From an uncultured Chloroflexia bacterium (lineage in GTDB: Bacteria; Chloroflexota; Limnocylindria; Limnocylindrales; CSP1-4), in the NCBI GenBank assembly GCA_963763775.1, contig CAVXPZ010000003.1:544001-608000 (forward strand): a stretch of 64,000 bases of DNA, written 5' to 3'. The position numbers were made by a program, and so were the translations under genes. How positions within the stretch are numbered: the first letter of the stretch is position 1; every line of letters starts with the position of its first letter. Positions 18,645 through 29,200 of the stretch are shown piece by piece. The notes below the pieces were generated by a model. It did not search any database. It was not told the origin of the DNA and worked only from the letters and a program-made list of their open reading frames with translations.

Positions 18645-20078
18645 GTGATCCCGACGTCCCCGCGCGACGCGACGCTCCGACTCCGTCGCCTTCCCGACCG
18701 GCTCGCGGCAGCCCGCCCGATCGACGTCGCGGAGCGCTTCCGCGACCTCCCCGGCCTGGCGCTGCTCGAGAGCGCTCGACCCGGCCGGAACGCACGCTGG
18801 ACGTACCTGACGGCCGACCCGGTCGCGGTCCTCGAGTCGCCGGCCGCCGGCCCGGATCCCTTCGCGGTGGCGCGACGGCTGCTCGGACGACTCGATCGCA
18901 CGGTCATCGTGCCGGCCGACGCGCCGCGGTTCGTCGGCGGGCTCGTCGGCTTCCTGGGGTATGAGCTGGGGCACGCCTTCGAGCGGCTGCCGTCGATCAG
19001 CGAGGACGACCAGGGCCTGCCGCCGATGCGGCTCGGGTTGCACGACTGGGTCGTGGCGTGGGACCGGCGGACCGGGCACGCCTGGCTCGGCGGCCGTGCG
19101 CTCGACGGCGACGCGCGGCGGCTCGCGCGGCGGCTCGACGATGTCCACGCCCGGCTCAGCGCGTCGGCATCCACGGCGTCGGGCCCGCGCACGGCGAACG
19201 CGGCGGCCGGGGGTAGCGGCCCCTTCACGTTCCGTTCGCGGCTGTCCCGCCCGGCCTATGAGGCGGGCGTGGAAGCGGTCCGCGAGCACATCGCCCGCGG
19301 CGACATCTACCAGGCGAATCTGACGCGACGACTCGAGACCTCGTTCGACGGCGATCCCTGGGAGCCGTACCGGCGCCTGCGGACCGGGGACCCGTCGCTG
19401 TTCTCGGCCTACCTCGACCTCGGGCCGAGCCAGCTGTCCGGCCGGCCGCGCGCGTTGCTCTCCGCCTCGCCCGAGCCCTTCCTGACCGTCGACGCCGGCG
19501 GGCACGTGAGCACGGACCCGATCAAGGGCACGCGTCCCCGCGGTCGGACGCGCGCGGAGGACCGCGCGCTGGCGTGCGAGCTCCTGGGCAGTGCCAAGGA
19601 CCGGGCCGAGAACGTGATGATCGTCGACGTCCTGCGCAACGACCTCGGCCGCGTCTGCCGGCCGGGGAGCGTCCGCGTCCCGCGGCTGTGCCGCCTCGAG
19701 CGGACCGCGGCCGTCCAGCACCTCGTCTCGACCGTGACCGGCCGTCTCGCCGGGGGCCGCGACGCCTTCGACCTGCTCGCGGCGTCGTTCCCCGGCGGCT
19801 CGATCACGGGCGCCCCGAAGATCCGGGCCATGGAGATCCTCGAGGAGCTGGAGCCCGTGCGTCGTGGCCCGTACACGGGCGCGCTCGGCTGGATCAGCCC
19901 GGACGGCGCGATGCAGACCAGCATCCTCATCCGGACGTTCGTGGCCGACGGTCGCCAGCTGACGCTGCACGTCGGCGGCGGGATCACCTATCGCAGCGAC
20001 CCGTCGGCCGAGTGGGACGAGACCGTCGCGAAGGCCCGGGGACCGCTCGGCGCCATCGGTGGCGTCGAGGTCGCATGA
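18645..20078 (+). CDS. pabB: Aminodeoxychorismate synthase component I (anthranilate synthase I family)
   Basis: LLES, GDIYQANL, SPEPFL, PIKGTRPR, KDRAENVMIVDVLRNDLG, FPGGSITGAPK. Confidence 0.88.
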   Translation: MIPTSPRDATLRLRRLPDRLAAARPIDVAERFRDLPGLALLESARPGRNARWTYLTADPVAVLESPAAGPDPFAVARRLLGRLDRTVIVPADAPRFVGGLVGFLGYELGHAFERLPSISEDDQGLPPMRLGLHDWVVAWDRRTGHAWLGGRALDGDARRLARRLDDVHARLSASASTASGPRTANAAAGGSGPFTFRSRLSRPAYEAGVEAVREHIARGDIYQANLTRRLETSFDGDPWEPYRRLRTGDPSLFSAYLDLGPSQLSGRPRALLSASPEPFLTVDAGGHVSTDPIKGTRPRGRTRAEDRALACELLGSAKDRAENVMIVDVLRNDLGRVCRPGSVRVPRLCRLERTAAVQHLVSTVTGRLAGGRDAFDLLAASFPGGSITGAPKIRAMEILEELEPVRRGPYTGALGWISPDGAMQTSILIRTFVADGRQLTLHVGGGITYRSDPSAEWDETVAKARGPLGAIGGVEVA

Positions 20079-20100
20079 CGCCACGGCGGAGCGAGTCCGC

Positions 20101-21021
20101 GTGAGCGGCCCCCGGCATGTCTGGGTGGATGGCGCCGTCCTGCCGGCCGGGGCGAAGCACCTGTCCGTGTTCGATCGCGGGTTCCAGCTCGGCGACGGCA
20201 TCTTCGAGACGCTGCGTGTCCGCGGCGACCGGCCGACCGAGCTCGCCGAGCACCTGGCGCGGCTCCGCCGGTCCGCGGACGGGCTCGGCATCGCCCTGCC
20301 CGGTGGTGTCGACGCGCTGATCGCCGGCGGCATCGCCGACCTCCTGGCCGCCGAGGACCTCGACGGACCGGACGGCGACGCGTCGGTCCGGATCACGGTC
20401 TCGCGCGGCGCCTTCGAGGCGCGTGGCCTGCTCCCGATGCAGGAGGACGTGCCCGCGACGATCGCGATCCAGGCATGGCCGGTGATCCCGCCGCCGGCCG
20501 ACCACCTGGAGCGAGGCCTCCACCTCGTGGCGTCGAGCGTCCGGCGCGACCCCGCGAACCCGCTGGCCACCCTCAAGACGACGTCGCGCGCCGACTACGT
20601 CTACGCCCGGCTCGAGGCGCGCCGGGCCGGGGCCGACGACGGGCTCTTCCTGACGACCGACGGGCGGCTCTCCGAGGGCACGAGCGCGAACATCTTCCTG
20701 GTCCGGCGAGCCGCGGACGGCGTCGACGAGCTGGCCACCCCGTCGCTCGACTGCGCGATCCTGCCGGGGACCACCCGGTCGTGGCTCCTCGATTGGGCCG
20801 AGCGCGCCGGTCTCCGCCCGATCGAGGCCCATCTGACCGCCTCGGACCTCGCGGCGGCATCGGAGGCCTTCCTGTGCTCGAGCGTCGCCGGGATCCTGCC
20901 GGTGACGAGGTTCGACGGCGCACCCGTGGGCGACGGCCGGCCCGGGCCGTGGACCGGCCGAGCCCGTGCCGACCGGGAGGCGATGATCCGGGGCGAGTCC
21001 CCGTCTCGACCGGCCACGTGA
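20101..21021 (+). CDS. pabC: Aminotransferase class IV (4-amino-4-deoxychorismate lyase-like)
   Basis: DRGFQLGDGIFET, LKTT (PLP Lys), EGTSANIF, ILPGTTR; follows pabB. Confidence 0.82.
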   Translation: MSGPRHVWVDGAVLPAGAKHLSVFDRGFQLGDGIFETLRVRGDRPTELAEHLARLRRSADGLGIALPGGVDALIAGGIADLLAAEDLDGPDGDASVRITVSRGAFEARGLLPMQEDVPATIAIQAWPVIPPPADHLERGLHLVASSVRRDPANPLATLKTTSRADYVYARLEARRAGADDGLFLTTDGRLSEGTSANIFLVRRAADGVDELATPSLDCAILPGTTRSWLLDWAERAGLRPIEAHLTASDLAAASEAFLCSSVAGILPVTRFDGAPVGDGRPGPWTGRARADREAMIRGESPSRPAT

Positions 21022-21365
21022 CCCGCGACGAGCTCATCACGCGGACCCGCCAGCTCATCGACGAGGGCGACCGGCTCGTCGCCGACCCGTCGATGGGGTC
21101 GCTCCGGGTGTGGCTCCAGCACTCGGACGACCTGCTGTCGACCGCGTGGGGCACGATGGATCGCTACCACCTCTCCTGGCTGATGGTCGGCAAGCCGAAG
21201 GGCATCGTCCGCGGGCGGCCGATGACCGCCGACGAGGAGGCCGGGTACGTGCGCGAGGTCGCCGAGCAGAAGACCGCGGCCTTGCGGATGAGCCTGGACG
21301 CCGTCGAGCGTCAGCACATGCCGTTCGCGGGCGAGACCGGCGGGGTCGGAGCCGGCGGTGCCTGA
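21018..21365 (+). CDS. Hypothetical protein
   Basis: GTGA-coupled start; VTRDELITRTRQL...DRYHLSWLMVG; coding-like frame overlapping the next start. Confidence 0.7.
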   Translation: MTRDELITRTRQLIDEGDRLVADPSMGSLRVWLQHSDDLLSTAWGTMDRYHLSWLMVGKPKGIVRGRPMTADEEAGYVREVAEQKTAALRMSLDAVERQHMPFAGETGGVGAGGA

Positions 21366-22657
21366 CGCCCGGCCCGCTGCCGGCGCGGTCCACCTCGTCG
21401 CGGCGGTCGGCGGGACGCGCTCGGTCCCGGCCCCGGACCCGGTCGCCCGCGACTATCTCCTGCTCGGGCTTCGACTCGACCAGCACCAGCCCGGGATCGT
21501 CGACGGGTACTACGGTCCGGCGGACCTCAAGGCCCAGGTCGACATGGCCCAGCTCCGGGCGCCGGCCCGACTTCGCGACGACGCGACGGCGCTGCGGGAT
21601 CGGCTCGCCGGCGAGGTCGACGACCCACAGCGGCGCGCCTGGCTCGATGCCCAGCTGGTCGCGCTCGAGACGCAGGCCGCGGCCCTCGCCGGCGACCCGC
21701 TGCCCTACATCGAGCACGTCGAGCGCTGCTTCGGACACGCACCGCGGCGTCGAGACGACGCCGTCTTCGAGGCCGCGGCCTCCCGGATCAACGAGCTGCT
21801 GCCGGGCGATGGACCGCTCGAGATCCGCCTGGCGGCGTGGGATGCCGGGCTCGAGATCCCCGTCGAGCGTCTGCCGACCGTCGTCGCCTGGCTGACCGAC
21901 CGGTTCCGTCGACGCGCCGCGGACCTGTTCGGCCTGCCGGATGGCGAGGACCAGCGCGTCTCGCTCGTGACCGGACGGCCGTGGTCGGGCTACTGCTGGT
22001 ATGACGGCGGCCGTCGGTCACGGGTGGAGATCAACACGGACCTGCCCGTCCGAGCGCCGCAGCTGGCGCGCACGATCGCCCACGAGACGTATCCCGGACA
22101 TCACCTCGAGCACGCCTGGAAGGAGGCCGACCTCGTGGACGCGAAACGGCGGCTCGAGGCGTCGATCCTGCTCATCAACACCCCGGAATGCCTGATCAGC
22201 GAGGGCCTGGCCGACCTGGGCACGGACTTCGCGATCCCCGCCGACGAGGCTGTCGAGCTCCTGGTCGAGGTCTTCGTCCTGGCCGGCCTGCCGGTGACCG
22301 CGGACCCGGCCGCCGCCCGGGCCACCGCCGAGCGCGCGGTCGCCCTGCGGGTGCCGCGCGCGACGCTCGACGCGATCCGCGGGCAATGCGGCGATCCTCC
22401 GCCACGCCGACGGCCGGTCACACGACGAGGTCCTCGACTACCTCGAGACGGTCGGGCGCTTCTCGCCACCGACCGCGGCCAAACGGCTCGAGTTCATCGA
22501 GCACCCGCTCTGGCGGACGTACGTCTTCGTGTACGCGGACGGGGAGGCGTTGCTCCGACGCTGGGTGGACGCCGTTCCCCCGGCCGAGCGTCCGGTGCGG
22601 TTCGGACGCCTGCTCCACGAGCAGCTGACGCCGGCCTCGGTCACACCGCCTTCGTGA
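21358..22657 (+). CDS. DUF885-like putative metallopeptidase, frameshift near 22381
   Basis: AHETYPGHHLEH and ISEGLA motifs. The C-terminus (GNAAIL...RTYVFVY...EQLTP) continues in the shifted frame to TGA at 22657. Confidence 0.75.
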
Positions 22658-23150
22658 AGACCACCCGATCCTCGCCTTCGCCGTCGTAGTCGGCGTAGGC
22701 CGGCGAGCCGTACAGCCGCTGCGTGCCGTCGCCCTCGTCGGGGGCGAAGCCCATCGCTCGGTGGAACCCGACCGAGACTTGGTTGGCCGGCCACGTGACC
22801 GCCACGACCCGGGCCGCGCCGGCGGCCCGGGCGTCCTCGTAGAACCGCTCGTACAGTGCGCGGCCGAGGCCGAGACGTCGTCGGTTCGGGTTCGTGCCGA
22901 CCATGTGGACGTACCCGATCTCCGGGTGGTCCGGGCTGACGAACCCGATCAGGAACCCGAGCAGCCGGCCGTCCGTGCCCTCGGCGATCCACGATGTGCC
23001 GGTGAAGTGCCGGAACCACAGCCGGGGCAGCGTGGCCCGGACCTTGCGACCGCCCCACCAGTCGTCGACCTGGGCGATGACGACCGGATGATCCGCGTCG
23101 ATCGGCCGGCGGAAGCTGACGTCCTCGAGCCCCGGCCCGGCGATGCTCAT
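22641..23150 (-). CDS. GNAT family N-acetyltransferase
   Basis: VDDWWGGR, YVHMVGTNPNRRRLGLGRALY, SVGFHRAMGF. Confidence 0.88.
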   Translation of the reverse strand: MSIAGPGLEDVSFRRPIDADHPVVIAQVDDWWGGRKVRATLPRLWFRHFTGTSWIAEGTDGRLLGFLIGFVSPDHPEIGYVHMVGTNPNRRRLGLGRALYERFYEDARAAGAARVVAVTWPANQVSVGFHRAMGFAPDEGDGTQRLYGSPAYADYDGEGEDRVVFTKAV

Positions 23151-23656
23151 CGGGCCGTCAGCCAGGCGACGACCGGCGCGATCCCGGCCTGGAGGAGGAC
23201 CAGCGGTCCGAACGTCTCGCCGAGGTAGTCGGTCAGTGAGAGCACGCCGCCCTCCGTCCCGGCGTAGAGCCAGAGTCCCACCTGGCCCGCGACCACCGCC
23301 AGGACCGCCACGAGGGCGGCGACCGCGGCTCGACGGCCCGCGGTCATCGACCCGCCGGCACCGAGCTTGAGCGCCCAGCCCGTCCCCCACCCGATGACGC
23401 CCGCGGTGACCAGGAGGCCGCCGGTCAGGGTCACGATGCCGCCGAGGACCGTGATGGCGATCGCGCCGACCACCCCGACGAGCACGGCGAAGAGCAGCCC
23501 GCGGCCCGGCGACGTCGGCCGGGGCGGTGACGGGTCGGCGACCTCAGGGACTCGGTAGCGGTCCGACGGCGGTCGGGCGAGGCGTCGCTCGCCTGGTGTC
23601 GGAGGCGTGGCGGGGAGGCCGTCTGGTCCGGTCGTCGTCGTGCTGGGATCCGTCAC
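23147..23656 (-). CDS. Hypothetical membrane protein
   Basis: About 4 TM segments; TACGAT 6 nt before the GTG; stop overlaps the GNAT start. Confidence 0.7.
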   Translation of the reverse strand: MTDPSTTTTGPDGLPATPPTPGERRLARPPSDRYRVPEVADPSPPRPTSPGRGLLFAVLVGVVGAIAITVLGGIVTLTGGLLVTAGVIGWGTGWALKLGAGGSMTAGRRAAVAALVAVLAVVAGQVGLWLYAGTEGGVLSLTDYLGETFGPLVLLQAGIAPVVAWLTAR

Positions 23657-23721
23657 GCGGCCATCGTATCCCGCGCCGCACGTCCACTTGCCCACGCACA
23701 AGGCAGGCGCATACTCGCCGG

Positions 23722-24217
23722 GTGGCGATCGACCGCGCCGGCGGCATCCTCGTCCTCATCGGGACGGCTTCACGTTCGTGGCCGTGCGTGGCCGCGGCGA
23801 CCGGGCTCGCGGGCCTCGCGCACCGATCCGGCCGGCCTGGCCGTCGACGTGCCATGGCGTGCGTCGGTGTCGCCCTGCTGCTCGGTCTCGCCGGCGGTCG
23901 GACCGTCGGCCGCGGATCGGGTCGCTCGCGGCCGTCGCCGGGGCGGCCTCGCCGGCACCTCGACGACGGATCCGCTCGCGAGCCTCCCGATCGTCGCGCT
24001 CACGGTCGCGGGTTCTGCCTCGTGCCCACGGGTGGCGTCACCGGGATCTCGCTCCTGCGATGGCGGGCGGTCGCGCCTGGTCGGGGCGGCGCTCGTCGTG
24101 GCGATCCTCCGGGCGGGGCGCTCGCCTCGACGCCCCGCGGATCGCCTTCATCCTGATCGCGTCGGGGACCGCCGGGATCGGCTGCTCGCGCTGACGGGCG
24201 CGCGTGCCCCACGGTAG
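23722..24217 (+). CDS. Probable hypothetical membrane protein broken by several frameshifts
   Basis: CATACT 6 nt before GTG 23722; hydrophobic segments alternate between frames. End uncertain. Confidence 0.35.
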
Positions 24218-24227
24218 ACTGCGGCTC

Positions 24228-24711
24228 GTGAGCCATCCCAGCCTCGGCCTGCCGCCGCTCGACCCGTCCGCGGGCCAGCCCGCCGCCGCCGCCAGGATCC
24301 GCGCGAACAGCGACCGATTGGCCGCGCGCGCCCTCGAGGCCGCCCTCGCCGCCACGCCCGGCATGCGCGAGCGCTACGACGACGACGGCGCTGCGCCTGC
24401 GGCTGCATGACGCCTCGCTCCTCGCCGAGCGCGTCGCGATCGCCGTCGCGGCCGGTGACTCGACCCCGGCGCGGGAGTACGCGGAGTACACCGCCGCTGT
24501 CTACCGGCGCAAGCAGGTCCCCATGGACGACCTCATCGCGTTGTGCGAAGGCCTCCGGTCGGCGTTTCCCAGCGTCCTCACGCCGGCCGAGCTGCCGGCG
24601 GCCGGTGAGGCCCTCGACGCCGCGATCGAGCGCTATCGGTGGCACCGCCGACTGGCGGGCGACGCGCGGAAGAAGAACGCCCTGCTCCAGTTCCTGTACA
24701 AGGGCGGCTGA
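24228..24711 (+). CDS. Globin/phycobiliprotein-like fold hypothetical protein, frameshift near 24385
   Basis: Rejoined: VSHPSLGLPP...MRERYDD-ALRLRLHDASLLAERVAIAVAAGD...YRRKQVPMDDLIALCEGLR...FLYKGG. Confidence 0.65.
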
Positions 24712-24718
24712 GGCGTCC

Positions 24719-25048
24719 GTGACGATCAAATGGGTCCAGCAGGACCCGCTCGTCATGAACGGCGAGCCGTTCTGCTACGGATCGCGGCTCACGGTCCGGC
24801 AGCTGCTCGAGCTCCGGTCGAACGGGTACGACCTCACCCGGATCCTGAACGACCATCCGGAGTTGCGCCCGCTCGGCATCGCGGCGGCGTACACGTATGC
24901 GGCGGCCCATCGCGAGCGGTATGCGGACTTCTTCGAGGCGGATGGCACGCTCATCGGACCGGGCTACAGCGAGGCCGAGGCGGCCAGCCTGCCCGCGCAG
25001 TACCGCACGCCCGGGGTCGTCGTGACGACCGAGGCGCCGGTCGCCTGA
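24719..25048 (+). CDS. DUF433 domain protein
   Basis: DPLVMNGEPFCYGSRLTV...ILNDHPEL...IAAAYTYA matches the DUF433 pattern. Confidence 0.8.
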   Translation: MTIKWVQQDPLVMNGEPFCYGSRLTVRQLLELRSNGYDLTRILNDHPELRPLGIAAAYTYAAAHRERYADFFEADGTLIGPGYSEAEAASLPAQYRTPGVVVTTEAPVA

Positions 25049-25100
25049 CCTCCCGCCACCTCTCGGCTATTTCCGAGTCGGGTGCTAGGATATGACCCTG

Positions 25101-25442
25101 ATGACCGACACCAGCACCGATCCAGCGTCTGCGCCGACCGCCGAGGCTCCCGCCTTCGACGCGGAACGCCGTGCCACCGAGCTGGCGATCCTCGATGCGC
25201 TCCGAAGTGTGGTGGATCCCGAGATCGGCATGAACGTCGTCGAGCTCGCGCTCATCAAGCAGATCATCCTTGGGCCCGACACGACCGAGATCAAGATGAT
25301 CCTGACCACGCCGTTCTGCCCGTACGCCGGGTCGATGATCGCGCAGGTCAAGGAGCAGGCCGAGTCCGTCGTCGATCACGACGTCAAGGTCACGCTGCTC
25401 GCCGAGCGCTGGGACCCGCGCGACGCAGGTCTGATGTGGTGA
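25101..25442 (+). CDS. Metal-sulfur cluster assembly factor (DUF59/SufT/PaaD)
   Basis: LRSVVDPEIGMNVVELAL and LTTPFCP. Confidence 0.9.
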   Translation: MTDTSTDPASAPTAEAPAFDAERRATELAILDALRSVVDPEIGMNVVELALIKQIILGPDTTEIKMILTTPFCPYAGSMIAQVKEQAESVVDHDVKVTLLAERWDPRDAGLMW

Positions 25443-25552
25443 CCGTCCGCGCCTGACGTCCGACCCCGTCCGAGGGGTCGCGTGACAAGGTCTGCTACCG
25501 TTTTCCGCAGAGGTCGGCGTTCGCGTCCGACCGACGAGGAGCCGAACCAGCC

Positions 25553-26273
25553 ATGACCGAAGACCGCATCCCCGCCACCCCGTATGCCAGCGCTCCACCG
25601 GCGACGCTCGCCGTCAAGCCGGACGCCCGCCTCCAGGTGGTGTTCCTGAGCCACGCGTTCCTGTGGATGTTCGCCGGGCTGCTCGTGTCCGCGGTGGTCG
25701 CGTTCGCCGTGCAGGGCAACCAGAAACTGCTCGACTTCGCCTACGGCAACTTCTTCCTCATCTTCATCGCCCAGCTGGTGCTGGTGATGGGGATCTCCGC
25801 CGGGATCCGGCGGATCAGCGCCACCGGCGCACTCGCCTTGTTCTTCGTCTACGCGGCGTCGCTCGGCGTCACGATCGGCCTGATCGTGGCCTCGTACACC
25901 GACGGGGTCCGTCGTCATGGCCTTCGGCAGCGCGTCCGCGATGTTCGGGGCGGCGGCCGTCTACGGCGCGGTCACGAAGCGGTCCCTGGCCGGCATGGGC
26001 GGCTATCTGTTCATGGCGCTCGTCGGGCTGTTCGTCGCGATGCTGCTGAACCTGTTCTTCGGGAGCGGCCCGCTGAGCTTCATCATCGCGGTGATCGGTG
26101 TCGTGCTCTTCACGGCCCTGACCGCGTACGACGTCCAGCGGATCCAGGCCGGCGACCTCGTCGCCCAGACCGGGTCCGTCGAGAAGGCCGCCGTGATGGG
26201 CGCCCTCCGCCTCTACCTGGACTTCATCAACCTCTTCCTGTTCATGCTCCGCCTCCTCGGCGGCCGGGGCTGA
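25553..26273 (+). CDS. Bax inhibitor-1/YccA family membrane protein, frameshift near 25905
   Basis: Multiple TM helices; TAYDVQRI and ALRLYLDFINLFLFMLR. Confidence 0.9.
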
Positions 26274-29200
26274 CCCGCGCGCCGGCCGCGACCGCGGCCG
26301 GCTTCGCCGTCCGGGCGGCCCCGGCGACGCGGACGCGGCGCGGCGCGGGCGCAGGAGCCGCCCCGCGTCGGCCGCCGGCACCGGCGGCGAGAACAGGTAG
26401 CCCTGTCCGAGCACGCAGCCGAGCTCCACGAGCCGGTCGCGCTGGGCCTCGGTCTCGATGCCTTCGGCGACCACGCCGATCCGCAGCCCGTTCGCCAGCG
26501 CGAGGACGGCCTCCACGATCGAGCGATCCGCGGCCTGTCCGAGTCCCGCCACGAACGAGCGGTCGATCTTGATCGTGTCGAGCGGCAGGTGCTTCAGGTA
26601 GGACAGCGATGAGTACCCGGTGCCGAAGTCGTCCAGGACGAGTCGCACGCCCAGGTCGCGGAGCCGCCCGAGCGTCCGGACGCCCACCTCGGACTGGTCC
26701 ATCACGACCGATTCGGTGATCTCCAGCTCGAGGGCGCCAGGTTCGAGGCCGCTCTCCGCGAGCACGCCCGCGATCTCCTCGACGAGGTCCGGTTGCACGA
26801 ACTGCCGGCCGGACAGGTTCACCGACATGAACGGCGCGTCGGCGCCGGAGCGACCGTCCCGCCACAGCGCCGCCTGGCGGCAGGCCGTCTCGAGGACCCA
26901 CCGGCCGACGGGGCCGATGAGCCCGGTCTCCTCCGCGAGGGGGATGAACGACAGCGGCGGGACGAGACCGCGGGTGGGGTGCTGCCAGCGCACGAGCGCT
27001 TCGAAGCCCACGACCCGCGCGGTCGCGAGGTCGACGATCGGCTGGTAGTGGGCCCGGAGCTCGTGGCGCTGGAGCGCGCGGCGCAGGTCGTTCTCGAGGT
27101 CGATCCGCTCGATGGTCTGGGCGCTCATCGACGGCTCGAACAGCGCGTGCCGGATGGTCGGGTCGCCCTTCGCGCGGACCATCGCGATCTCGGCCTCGCG
27201 CAGCAGCTCGTCGGGCGAGAGGCGGTCGCCGTCGTCGAGGGCGATGCCCATCGAGGCGCTGACGAACCACTCCCGGCCGCCGAGCGAGAACGGGACGCGC
27301 AGCTCGGTCGCGAGATGCTCGGCGACGCCGCGGGCCTCGTCCTCGTCCGCCACCGAGTCGAGGATGATCCCGAACTCGTCGCCGCCGAACCGGCCGACCG
27401 TGTCGCCCGGTCGGAGCGACGCGGCGAGCCGCTGGCCGACGGCGGCGAGCAGCCGGTCGCCGACGGAGTGGCCGACGCTCTCGTTGATGACCTTGAACCG
27501 GTCGAGGTCGAGGAGGATGACCGCGATCCGCTCCGAGTCGTCCGGCCGGACGCGGGCCAGGGAGTGGGCGATCCGGTCGGTCAGCAACTCGCGGTTCGGC
27601 AATCCCGTCGTCGGGTCGTAGAGGGCGCCGCGCTGCGCGACGTCGACGAGGCGGGCGTTGTCGAGCGCGATCGACGCGAGCTGCGCGAACCGCGTGAGGG
27701 CGTCGATCTCGCGATCGCGGAAGACCCGTTCGACCGAGCCTGCGGCCAGCCCGATGACGCCGACCACCTGGTCGCCCGAGCTCAACGGCACGCCGACGAC
27801 GGCGCCGAGCAACCGGGCCGGGACGATCCCGGCGCGACCGACATAGGCGTCGTAGTCCTCGATCGCGACGGCCTTGCCGGTCCGGTAGACCTCGCCGCCG
27901 AGCCCTTCGCCGACCGGCTGGCGATGGCCGAGACCCTGGCTGAACACGCCCGTGCCATGGCGGAGCACCAGCTCGGTCCCGTCCGCGTCGACGATGTAGA
28001 TGTACCCGTGGGGCGTGCCAAGGAGGGCGCAGGCGCGCGTCAGGATGGTCTCGAGGAGGGTCGTCGAGTCGCGCCGGTCGAGGAGCGCGAGGGCCGTCTC
28101 GTCGAGGGCTCGCAGGTATGGGTCGTCCGGCGCGACGCCGGCGTCGTTGCCCCGCGCGGCCGGCTTGGCCAGGTACATGGCCCGGTCGGCGACCGCGACC
28201 AGCTCGTCCTTGGCCCGTCCGTCGTCCGGGAAGCACGCCACCCCGATGCTGATCGTCACCCGGGCGTCCCCGTCATCGGCGGCCGCCGCCAGGACCGTCC
28301 GGCGCAGCCGGTCGGCCACGTCGTGGGCGGCGACCCGGTCGGTGTCCGGGAGGATCGCGGCGAACTCGTCGCCGCCGTAGCGGTACAGGCGGTCCGCGTC
28401 GCGGACCGCGAGGCCCATCTCCGAGGCGATCCTCGCGAGGAGGGCGTCGCCGGCCGGGTGGCCGCGGGAATCGTTGAAGGCCTTGAACGCGTCGAGGTCC
28501 ATCATCAGGACGGCGAACGGCTTGCCGCCGCCCCCGGTCCCGACCGCCTCGCCCAGTTCCCGCTGGAACGCGCCGTGGTTGCGCAGCCCGGTGAGCGCGT
28601 CCTGCTCCGCCCGGATCCGCACCTCGCCGTGGGTCTCGGCGTTCTGGAGCGCGATCGACGCCTGCCCGGCGAACAACTTGGTCAGTTCGAACTCGTTCGT
28701 GCTGAAGTGCGATTCCGCCTCGCCCATCCGTCCGATGTTCAGCGTGCCGACCGCCTCGCCCGCGACGAGGAGCGGGACGACGATCATCGATTCGGGCTCC
28801 TCGGGCGTGCCCGGGACCTGGACCGAGCGCGGATCGAGGTGGGCGTCGTTGGCCAGGACCGCCTCGCGGTGGTCGACCACCCAGCCGGTGATCCCGACGC
28901 CGAGCTGGCTCTCGTGGGCGAGGATCAGGTCGGCGAACCGGTCGCGCGCGATGACCGCGCGCCGGACCCCGGCCTCGAGGTCCACGCGGTACACCGTGAG
29001 CGAGTCGTAGGGGACGATCACCTTGAGCGAGTCGGCGATCAGGTCGAGGATGCTGGCCGGCTCGAGGTTCGAGAGCAGGCGCTCATTGACCTCGAGGAGG
29101 CGACGCTGGCTCGAGAGCTGATGCTGGAGCTCGCCCTGCTGCCGGCGGACACGCTCGAGGTTGGCCGCGTTGACCAGGGCCTGGGCGGCGCACGACGCGA

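Noticed and set aside
24719-25048. DUF433 as the antitoxin of a toxin-antitoxin pair
   Set aside because: No adjacent PIN/DUF5615 toxin; neighbours are a globin-like protein and DUF59.
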